Positions 9,450 through 17,427 of a DNA stretch of 52,924 nucleotides are shown here, piece by piece (the first letter of the stretch is position 1; each line of letters opens with the position of its first letter). Location of the stretch: positions 1 to 52,924 of the IMG/VR virus record IMGVR_UViG_3300002136_000057, one strand, 5' to 3'. The position numbers were made by a program, and so were the translations under genes. This DNA is from a virus. Lineage: Duplodnaviria > Caudoviricetes. The notes under the pieces are model-generated. The model ran no database searches and was not told the origin of the DNA. It was given only the letters and a program-made list of their open reading frames with translations.

Positions 9450-10227
9450 AGCATACCATAATGATACATTGTGGAGACTTGTAAATGTGTTAGCATTTTA
9501 TAGCATACCATTTTGTATATATTTGTTGTCAACACTTCCATTATACTATACTGCATTATCAATTATAAGTTGTATATTAATTGCAAAAGTAGGACACGGC
9601 ATTGCACAACATAGATATTTTGCACATCGTGCATTTAACACAGGCAAAAAACGCGAATGGATTCTTGCTTTCCTTGCAACACTAAGTAATACTGGTAGTA
9701 TAATTTATTTTGCTATTAATCATAGAATACATCATAATATTAGTGACAAAGACGGCGATCCTAATGACTCTACTAAATTAAGTTTGTTTGAAATACTTAC
9801 ACTTAAAATTAAAACAGACGATACAGAACATTTTAATTTAAACGTAGCAAAAGATCTATTAAAAAACAAATCAGCTAGATTTTTTCATAACTGGTATTGG
9901 CCGACTATATTTTTGTATTCCGCACTATTAATTTTAATTGATCCGTATTTGTTTGTAGTTATGTACTTGTTGCCACTTGGTTATTCTGTATCAATTATGG
10001 TGTTAGGTACTATAACAGGACATAAGTATGGTTATAGGAACTTTGATACTGACGATAAAAGCGTTAATAACTTTTGGGTTAACTTGTTGTTTCTGGGCGA
10101 AGGTAATCATAATAATCATCATTATAAACCATCTTCTTGGGATTCAGGATTTACAGGCAAGTGGACTGAATATGATATTGGGGCGCCAATTATAAAATAT
10201 ATATTCCTTAAAGGAGACTCGGTGTGA
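9439..10227 (+). CDS. Membrane fatty-acid desaturase (delta9-like)
   Basis: HRYFAH, HRIHH, GEGNHNNHH. Confidence 0.9.
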   Translation: MKIKAYHNDTLWRLVNVLAFYSIPFCIYLLSTLPLYYTALSIISCILIAKVGHGIAQHRYFAHRAFNTGKKREWILAFLATLSNTGSIIYFAINHRIHHNISDKDGDPNDSTKLSLFEILTLKIKTDDTEHFNLNVAKDLLKNKSARFFHNWYWPTIFLYSALLILIDPYLFVVMYLLPLGYSVSIMVLGTITGHKYGYRNFDTDDKSVNNFWVNLLFLGEGNHNNHHYKPSSWDSGFTGKWTEYDIGAPIIKYIFLKGDSV

Positions 10228-11141
10228 AAAAAATAAATTACTACGAACTTAAACCAGAAGATAATCATTTCAAAGTAATTTTTGTAGATCTAACACATCG
10301 GTGTAATATGGATTGTTTTAACTGTTATCTACCTAACAGAACTATTCCAGACATGGATGAAAATATGTTGTATAGTGTGTTAGAAAAATTACCCGAGCGA
10401 GCATACATACGATTAATAGGTGCAGAGCCTACACTAAGAAAAGACTTGCCCGATATCATACGCAAAGTTCTCGATCATGGTCATAAGCCTAGTGTAACTA
10501 CTAACGGATTAAAACTTGCAAGTTTAAAATATTGTCAAAAACTCCGAGATTCAGGGTTACGCATGATATTACTAAGCATGAACGGCGCAGATGAAAAACG
10601 CATATATGAAAAAATTGACAATCACAGTCATGCACACGATCTTAAAATGCAAGCATTAGAAAATTGCTTTAAGATTCCCGGATTTATTATTAACACTGGA
10701 ACTATTATTGCTAAAGGTGTGAACGAACATACGCTACGCAGACAAGCAGACATTGTTGCCGACTTAAACGAAAAATATAAACCCAAAGTTACTCCTGTTT
10801 TACGAGTTAAAAATATTGGAGACTTAGGCCGTTATATGCAAGGTCATACTATGAGTTTTGAAGAACTAGTTGATATTGCAAGTAGTCAACTAGATATTCC
10901 AAAGAGTGTTATTAAAGCGCAGCGAGTGGAATCTGGAACAAATAAAATTACTAAAAATAACTACGGTGAAAGTTATCTATTTGAATATAGAGGTGTATTC
11001 ATACGCTTAATTAATTGGAATGAGGAAGACGAGTTAAACGACGGTGGCATCAATGGAAGTATGAATCGTGGCAGATTAACAAGCGATGGTATGATTGCAC
11101 CATGCTGGGAACACATTAAATTAAACGAATACGGATATTAA
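10224..11141 (+). CDS. Radical SAM protein, MoaA-like but lacking a complete twitch Cys set
   Basis: CNMDCFNC, GAEP, TTNG, C-terminal RLTSDG..PC. Confidence 0.85.
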   Translation: MKKINYYELKPEDNHFKVIFVDLTHRCNMDCFNCYLPNRTIPDMDENMLYSVLEKLPERAYIRLIGAEPTLRKDLPDIIRKVLDHGHKPSVTTNGLKLASLKYCQKLRDSGLRMILLSMNGADEKRIYEKIDNHSHAHDLKMQALENCFKIPGFIINTGTIIAKGVNEHTLRRQADIVADLNEKYKPKVTPVLRVKNIGDLGRYMQGHTMSFEELVDIASSQLDIPKSVIKAQRVESGTNKITKNNYGESYLFEYRGVFIRLINWNEEDELNDGGINGSMNRGRLTSDGMIAPCWEHIKLNEYGY

Positions 11142-11142
11142 A

Positions 11143-11751
11143 ATGCAAGTTATTAAATTAGATGAAACTTACAAAGATCAATTTTATAATTTTACAACTA
11201 CACAACTTACTGCTAAAGGCCTTATCAACGACCCCTATTGGAATAATATAGAATGGATTAATGAACAGAGAAACATCTATGCTGCTGTAGACGAAAATAG
11301 TAATTTTTTGATGACAATGGCATCAAATCATACTCCTGTTAGAAATATGCCTTGGAGATACGGTGATACACAAATTAGTGCGTCCAGCAGCAGCCTTCGT
11401 CAAAATATAGAAACAACTAAAAATTTAATTAGGAGTGTGCTTACGGATTGTGAAGAACAAGGAATATGGGGGCATTGGTTTATTTCAGATCATCGAAAAA
11501 TTAAAGTTCAAAATAAGAAAAGTGTAGAAACTACTATAACCAAAGATCGAGTAGGTAGATTTGCTGTTCCTTATATAGAGGTATTTGAAGATTATAATTT
11601 ACATGATGTAGCAATCATTAAAAAAGGATGTAAATCAGGTATTCCATTATACGATTGTTTAGTAAAAGCTCCCGTTCCGTATGATGTACTAATTAGATTT
11701 GTAACTAGAAAATATCAATATTTTAGAGACAACGTTCCAACCTATGGCTAA
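11143..11751 (+). CDS. Hypothetical protein, possible divergent GNAT fold
   Basis: 202 aa ORF in the operon; N-terminal pattern loosely GNAT-like, no decisive motif. Confidence 0.45.
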   Translation: MQVIKLDETYKDQFYNFTTTQLTAKGLINDPYWNNIEWINEQRNIYAAVDENSNFLMTMASNHTPVRNMPWRYGDTQISASSSSLRQNIETTKNLIRSVLTDCEEQGIWGHWFISDHRKIKVQNKKSVETTITKDRVGRFAVPYIEVFEDYNLHDVAIIKKGCKSGIPLYDCLVKAPVPYDVLIRFVTRKYQYFRDNVPTYG

Positions 11752-12883
11752 TATTTTATTAAATTATCAAACTAGCAATCTAAGATATGCTGTAGAAGAA
11801 CTAAAAGAACATAATCTATATTCTTGGAGAGCGCTAGGTATGGAGTTTGCAAAAACTATTTCTCCAAACATACATTTGAATATTATTGAAAATTTAGATA
11901 TTTACAAATCTGATAGAAAAGAAATAATAGACGAAGTATTTAATTATTATCAAGATATCGATCTTATTTTTCCACTGTATAACGACATGCTTTTTCCTTA
12001 CTTGTATAAAAAGTTAGGATTTACTGATAAACAATGCAACATATTATCTAGTAAGCAAGCGTATACTGCTTTTGCAAAAAGTGTAGGAGTAACAGTTCCA
12101 AACACGTATACTGATATCAAACAAGTGACTTACCCTATTATTGCTAAACCAGTAAACGGTACAGGAAGTATTGGGGTCAAGGTATTAAATGACTACAGTG
12201 AATATTTCTTTTTTGCTTCTGGAGAAGATATACAGTATAACGACCTAGGCAAGCATTACATCTTCCAAGATTTTATAGACGGACCTACTATTAGTTGTGC
12301 TGGTAGAATTGTAGACGGTGATATATTATTTGATTGTGTATACACTATTGAATCAAGTGATCTACCATACAGAGCAGAAACTGGATTTTTGCTCAACAGT
12401 TATTACAAAAATACAGATCCTATAAAAGAACAAATAGAAAAGTTAAGTAACGGTTTAGAACTAACTAACTGTGCATGGATGGCTGACTTTATAAGTGGTA
12501 GAGATGGACAATTTTATTTGGTAGATTTTAGTCCTAGACTAAGTGTAAGTGCGCAAGTGTTAATTAAACACAGTGCAGGCATTGATTATAACAAACTTAT
12601 TGTAGATAGTTTACTATACAAAGATAAAACAAAAGTGCATTTAGATAAGTGCGTAGTTTATAAATATTTTGATGTAGCAAAGGGTAAACATAAAGTAGAA
12701 TTTAGAGGCGATGCTACACTTGCTGATGAATTAACATTGCCTGCAGAACAGTCCTATTTGACACGCATGGATATGCTAATGGGATCTAAAGGATTTTGCG
12801 TTACATCAGGTGCTACACTAACCGAAGCCCATGATAAATGGCAAACAATAGCAAGCGATATAATAATAACTAAACTGGACTAA
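11744..12883 (+). CDS. ATP-grasp ligase
   Basis: YPIIAKPVNGTGSIGV, FQDFIDG, DFSPRLS (variant of ExNPR). Confidence 0.85.
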   Translation: MANILLNYQTSNLRYAVEELKEHNLYSWRALGMEFAKTISPNIHLNIIENLDIYKSDRKEIIDEVFNYYQDIDLIFPLYNDMLFPYLYKKLGFTDKQCNILSSKQAYTAFAKSVGVTVPNTYTDIKQVTYPIIAKPVNGTGSIGVKVLNDYSEYFFFASGEDIQYNDLGKHYIFQDFIDGPTISCAGRIVDGDILFDCVYTIESSDLPYRAETGFLLNSYYKNTDPIKEQIEKLSNGLELTNCAWMADFISGRDGQFYLVDFSPRLSVSAQVLIKHSAGIDYNKLIVDSLLYKDKTKVHLDKCVVYKYFDVAKGKHKVEFRGDATLADELTLPAEQSYLTRMDMLMGSKGFCVTSGATLTEAHDKWQTIASDIIITKLD

Positions 12884-13574
12884 AGTCTCTTAGTGTTATG
12901 TAATTAGGTCTATCTGTTTTTGTAGTCTTATTATCAACAGAATTGTAGCATATAAACAACACATTCCTGTCCTTAGAGCTTGTATTACGCCCGCTAGTGT
13001 GCCACATATTAGCATGCATCACATACACATCTCCTGCTTCGCCCAGCACTGTGTGACGCTGTAATCCAGTCATAGACACCATATTTTCGGTTATCATACC
13101 GTCTGTTTCGTTAGCATCATGCTTAATAGTCCAAGTTTTAGTCTTCTTTTCAACAAGAAAATTTTCACTGCCCGGTAATACTTCTAGGGGGCCGTTTTCT
13201 AATGTCATGTCATCTAACAAGAATAATAAACTTAATGCATTAGGAGCCGGCATACCGTCGTGTGCTTGCCAAAAAGTGTAATCACTATGCCATGCATACT
13301 CGCCTCCTATGTTTGCGGATTTATAATTAAAATGCACTTGATGAGTATAAACATCTGTTTCTAAGATATCTTTAACTATATCTATCATAGGATTGTTATT
13401 GACAAACTCTTTTAACGTATTGTCAACCCAGTGAGGAGCAAATATGCTTCTTACTGTTGACTGATCGTCTTCATATATAAATGTTTCTTTATTATTAATA
13501 GTTTTTAAATCTTCTGCAATTTTCTTAATTGGTAGTGAATTAAAAACAGTTTTATACAACTTGCTTGAAAACAT
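12870..13574 (-). CDS. PhyH-family dioxygenase, ectoine hydroxylase (EctD)-like
   Basis: YAWHSDYTFWQAHDGMP resembles the EctD signature; LDDMTLENGPLEVLPGS, WHTSGRN, RNVLFICYNSV. Confidence 0.85.
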   Translation of the reverse strand: MFSSKLYKTVFNSLPIKKIAEDLKTINNKETFIYEDDQSTVRSIFAPHWVDNTLKEFVNNNPMIDIVKDILETDVYTHQVHFNYKSANIGGEYAWHSDYTFWQAHDGMPAPNALSLLFLLDDMTLENGPLEVLPGSENFLVEKKTKTWTIKHDANETDGMITENMVSMTGLQRHTVLGEAGDVYVMHANMWHTSGRNTSSKDRNVLFICYNSVDNKTTKTDRPNYITLRDFSPV

Positions 13575-14158
13575 TATACTAACAAATCGCCATATTCATA
13601 CATGTCTTTTAACCGCTGATATGTAAATTCTTCTTTAAAACTTAAAGACAATATATATCTATCATCGGCTGTAGAATTAGTTACTCCGTGAATAACTTGG
13701 GTATCAAAGCATATTGGTACTTCATATGAAACTAATTCCACTAACTCAGCAGACGCACAGGACCTAGCAGTAGTTACTTCTACAGATGTACCATCTGGCA
13801 AGTTAAGAGAAGATGTGTGCGTCGGCGGTGAATTAGTTGTATTTTCGTAAAAGTCTACTGTACTATTTTTAAAATTTCCGCAAATTGGTAAATTCATAGT
13901 AACAAATCTATCATGATCTGCGTGGGGAGCCACTATGCCATTGGCCTTGACCATGTTAAATTCAATTTTTTTAAAAAGAGTTTTTGGATTTTTAAATTTG
14001 ATTGCGATAGGAATTATTGTTTCGCGCTTTGGAAACCCTATGTGTATTTTGAATCTTCCAGTTCCATAATAAGACCATTCGGTGTATGATTTCATTACAT
14101 TCTCTAATTCAATGCGTTCATTTTCGTAATTTAAGTCAGGTAATAAAAAATATGTCAT
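13574..14158 (-). CDS. Fe(II)/2OG oxygenase-like protein, paralog of 6155-6736
   Basis: PHAD...IHGVTN...DRYIL. Confidence 0.7.
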   Translation of the reverse strand: MTYFLLPDLNYENERIELENVMKSYTEWSYYGTGRFKIHIGFPKRETIIPIAIKFKNPKTLFKKIEFNMVKANGIVAPHADHDRFVTMNLPICGNFKNSTVDFYENTTNSPPTHTSSLNLPDGTSVEVTTARSCASAELVELVSYEVPICFDTQVIHGVTNSTADDRYILSLSFKEEFTYQRLKDMYEYGDLLV

Positions 14159-14163
14159 GCAAA

Positions 14164-14180
14164 TATTTATTGATAAATAC
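14164..14180. promoter_or_regulatory. Back-to-back divergent late-type boxes
   Basis: TATTTAT-TG-ATAAATA: ATAAATA on both strands between divergent genes. Confidence 0.6.
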
Positions 14181-14222
14181 TTTGTTAGTTATTAAATATG
14201 ATACTACAGGAGCACCCACATA

Positions 14223-14600
14223 ATGAAAAAAGTAAGTTTTAAATTTTCTAGTTTAGCAAATACTATTGAAGAATTTTATACTTCAAAACTAGACAAACTG
14301 ACAGAAGACGAATTTGTTTCTGTCTTTAATACAATGCGTACTGCTGTTAATAACGGTGATGTATGGCTTAGAAGTTATTTTATCGAAGACGGAAAAGCAA
14401 ATTTGGTTTGGTTTTTAGATAGCGATACTTCGATAATCAATGTACAATCAGCAATTGATATTTTAGTTACAATCGACGATTACATCGAGCATACTATCGA
14501 TTCTTCCACTTTTGAAGAGTTTGCTGCGTATGCGGCATCTAATGAAGACACTGATATTTCGCACCCTCGTATAGAAGCTATAAACGAGTTAAACAATTAA
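14223..14600 (+). CDS. Acidic hypothetical protein
   Basis: AGGAG RBS, late-type box upstream, 125 aa. Confidence 0.7.
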   Translation: MKKVSFKFSSLANTIEEFYTSKLDKLTEDEFVSVFNTMRTAVNNGDVWLRSYFIEDGKANLVWFLDSDTSIINVQSAIDILVTIDDYIEHTIDSSTFEEFAAYAASNEDTDISHPRIEAINELNN

Positions 14601-15438
14601 TTAATTCGTCAATAGACAGTTCAAATACTCCATTGTAATTTTCTTGAAGACTTGATGTAATATTCAAGGCTTTTTCGTGCCAAGATGTTTCTTGTATTTT
14701 TTCCCAGCCAGTGTATTTTTCTCTAGGAATAAAATTAAAACTGTCGCTATAAATTTTAATTTTACTTGTTCTTGTGCTAAGTTTTCCTGGCAATTTATTA
14801 GCTACTAAGTCTTTAACTAAAGAGTCATTTGTAAATGCCAATACCATTTCTGGAGTATACCGTAAAAAATCAGGAGTACCGTTTATATTGTAGTTACTAT
14901 AAAAGTTATTGTATGCATTTACTTTTTCAGTTTCTTGCCAAACCCAGTTACCTTCATAATTTTTAAAATATGGTTCGCCATTGGCCATGATGACTGTGCC
15001 ATCAAATAATGTTAGCCCTTTCATTACAGGTATCATTTGATGAGCGCAGCATTTTACATTTACTGCAATATCTTCAAATTCTCCGCTTGAGATTAATTTT
15101 TCAATATCAACACTAACTGTTATTGGATTAATATTATGATGGTTGCAATACTCGTAAGCATATTTTGTGTCATGTGTATTCCATCCATTGTAGTCAATTA
15201 TTCCAACTTTAAATTCTACGGCCGCTTCTGTAAATACTCGAATCATAAACTCACTGTCGAGGCCGCCGCTAAATAATAGTATAATAGGACCGCTTGCTTC
15301 TTTACTTATAATTTGGGCAGCACGTATACATTCTGCTTTCCAAGAGCCTAGAGAATTGCTAGTAGATCTTTTTAAATGTACAGCCCATTCGGATCCGTGT
15401 CCGGAAAAAGTGATATAATTAAGATAGGACAAATGCAT
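14578..15438 (-). CDS. PP-loop (N-type ATP pyrophosphatase / asparagine synthetase-like) protein
   Basis: LLFSGGLDSE motif; C-terminal PREKYTGWE. Confidence 0.75.
   Translation of the reverse strand: MHLSYLNYITFSGHGSEWAVHLKRSTSNSLGSWKAECIRAAQIISKEASGPIILLFSGGLDSEFMIRVFTEAAVEFKVGIIDYNGWNTHDTKYAYEYCNHHNINPITVSVDIEKLISSGEFEDIAVNVKCCAHQMIPVMKGLTLFDGTVIMANGEPYFKNYEGNWVWQETEKVNAYNNFYSNYNINGTPDFLRYTPEMVLAFTNDSLVKDLVANKLPGKLSTRTSKIKIYSDSFNFIPREKYTGWEKIQETSWHEKALNITSSLQENYNGVFELSIDELINCLTRL
15411..15419 (+). promoter_or_regulatory. Extended -10 promoter inside the opposite-strand gene
   Basis: TGATATAAT 13 nt upstream of ATG 15433. Confidence 0.5.
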
Positions 15439-16104
15439 ACATTTTCACCAATTGATTTTGACTTTGATCAAACTACGATTTATAACGAACTTATAGAGTT
15501 TGGTATTTTTGATCGTAGCAATCTTGCTACTGTTATTTACACTCAAGGTCGCAGCAAGTACGACAAAGATGGTGTGTTTGATGATTATCAAGATGTAATT
15601 CACTACGACGAAAGTGGCATATTAGTAAAGCAGAAATATAAAACATTTGTAACTTATAACTTTACACACTTGCCGGGTGTAAATGATACTATCGAAAATT
15701 CATTTGTAGACACCGATGTCGGAAGGCGCCCAGTTTGGCATGTTTACGATCAACTATGGCAATGGAAAGACGATACTCCCGACTGCATTAAAGAAGTTGT
15801 AAACAAATTAAATTTAACGTATGTAAGTTGTGTTAGGCTTGTTGGACAGACTCCTCCAAGCAAAGGAATTGTGCATGTTGATGCTAATTTTAAAGATAAT
15901 TTAAAATATTATAAAAACGGTGGAGTTAGTATTACACTAAATGTTTCAGACGGCGGCGGCCATTTAGAATATAAGGTTGGAGACGAAATACATACAGTTG
16001 ACGAATCAAAATACAAATGTTGGTATTTTAATGATGCATTACCGCATAGAACAACAGAAATTTTTACTCCAAGAATACAATTAAGGATATTTGGAAGAAA
16101 ATGA
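15433..16104 (+). CDS. Fe(II)/2OG oxygenase-like protein (start revised from 15376)
   Basis: VHVD...LPHRT...RIQLR; in-frame ATG at 15433 avoids most of the overlap with the minus-strand gene. Confidence 0.7.
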   Translation: MHTFSPIDFDFDQTTIYNELIEFGIFDRSNLATVIYTQGRSKYDKDGVFDDYQDVIHYDESGILVKQKYKTFVTYNFTHLPGVNDTIENSFVDTDVGRRPVWHVYDQLWQWKDDTPDCIKEVVNKLNLTYVSCVRLVGQTPPSKGIVHVDANFKDNLKYYKNGGVSITLNVSDGGGHLEYKVGDEIHTVDESKYKCWYFNDALPHRTTEIFTPRIQLRIFGRK

Positions 16105-16811
16105 TAGACTGGCGTAATTTAATATTTTCACCTTTAGCACTGCCCGATCCTCCCGAAGTTGATATGGATGAATTTATTTCATGGCATGCTGATCAAAAAG
16201 CATTTATGCTACAGCACAATCAAAACAAGGTCAACAGTACAAACATATACGGTGGGTATTGCTGGCACATCAGTTGGGCAATTTGGTGGAATACTTATAA
16301 TTTAGATAATCCATGGATATGTGACTTTGACAAAAGACTTCCTGAACTTACTGAATATATTAAGTTATTTCCATTTAAAAAAATAAAAAGCATTAGTTTT
16401 CTTAATCAAATAGGCGGTGCTACAGTTGAGCCGCACAGCGACCCTGACAGCATGTGGGGTATGCGATTTTATCTAAAAAATAAAACCAAGGATGCGTTGT
16501 ACTTTAGTAGAATGAAAGAACCTAATAATTTTAGAATTGCTACTATGGAGGACGAAAACGGCAATGCATTAATCCAAAGGAAAAATCATTTAGAGTTTTG
16601 CAGAGATGAAAAAATATATGCACAATTTCCTAAAGATAAATGTGCATGGATGCTTAACAGTCATCGAGCTTGGCACGGACTTGATAAGAATACTTCACCT
16701 ACAGGTAGCAGAATTACCTGCGCAATCATAGGCGAGTACGATGAAGAAAAGTTATTTAATTTACTAGAAAATAGTACGCAACAGCACAGCAAATATCAGA
16801 TTTGGTTTTAA
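16101..16811 (+). CDS. Fe(II)/2OG oxygenase-like protein
   Basis: PHSD...WHG...RIT. Confidence 0.7.
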   Translation: MIDWRNLIFSPLALPDPPEVDMDEFISWHADQKAFMLQHNQNKVNSTNIYGGYCWHISWAIWWNTYNLDNPWICDFDKRLPELTEYIKLFPFKKIKSISFLNQIGGATVEPHSDPDSMWGMRFYLKNKTKDALYFSRMKEPNNFRIATMEDENGNALIQRKNHLEFCRDEKIYAQFPKDKCAWMLNSHRAWHGLDKNTSPTGSRITCAIIGEYDEEKLFNLLENSTQQHSKYQIWF

Positions 16812-16812
16812 C

Positions 16813-17427
16813 ATGACAGTATTATACACACCTTTAGATTTACCTGCACTAGACTTTAATAGAGAAGAATTTATAAAGTGGCATGAAGAGAAGCGTCATA
16901 GGAATAGAGGTAATATTAATTACGATAAAAAAGACTTTATTGCCCCGTGGCTAGTTAGCTTTGCATATCATGTTGACTACGGCTGGTGCAATAGATTTTT
17001 AAAAGTTATTCCTAATTTTCAAGACATACTGTACACCTACCTACCATATACAGATATTACATATGTTAACTTTTTAGAACAAAAAATTCCGTGTCAGTTA
17101 CATCAAGATGTAGGGTCTCGTCCGGACGAAGAAGATGAGCCTGGCGCTTATAAAGCGTTTATGGTATATGATGCGCCGCTGATGTATTTTCAAGAAGGTA
17201 AAACTAAAGATACAATCAAAGAAGATAAGTTATACATTGATCATCCTAATAATTTAACAAAATGGTTTGCAATTAATAACCACGATGCATACCATGCTGC
17301 TGATTTGCCTCAAGAAGGACAACGTAAGATTATTATGACAATACTTGGTAAATTAGATAAAACAAAACATAAAGAAATACTATCTCGTAGTTTAGAAAAG
17401 TATAAAGACTATCTAATTACAGTTTGA
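16813..17427 (+). CDS. Fe(II)/2OG oxygenase-like protein, paralog of the preceding gene
   Basis: LHQD...YHAA...RKII; shared N-terminus (PL.LP....EFI.WH). Confidence 0.7.
   Translation: MTVLYTPLDLPALDFNREEFIKWHEEKRHRNRGNINYDKKDFIAPWLVSFAYHVDYGWCNRFLKVIPNFQDILYTYLPYTDITYVNFLEQKIPCQLHQDVGSRPDEEDEPGAYKAFMVYDAPLMYFQEGKTKDTIKEDKLYIDHPNNLTKWFAINNHDAYHAADLPQEGQRKIIMTILGKLDKTKHKEILSRSLEKYKDYLITV

Noticed and set aside
10224-11141. moaA gene symbol
   Set aside because: Missing two twitch cysteines and the C-terminal GG; no moaC nearby.
12870-13574. ectD gene symbol
   Set aside because: Signature only partly matched and no ect genes in context.
14223-14600. Acyl carrier protein
   Set aside because: FLDSD only weakly resembles the GxDSL motif and the length and pattern do not fit.
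14578-15438. QueC and a 7-deazaguanine DNA modification pathway
   Set aside because: SGGLDS is generic for PP-loop enzymes; the QueC C-terminal zinc Cys cluster is absent and no folE, queD, queE or dpdA is recognisable here.
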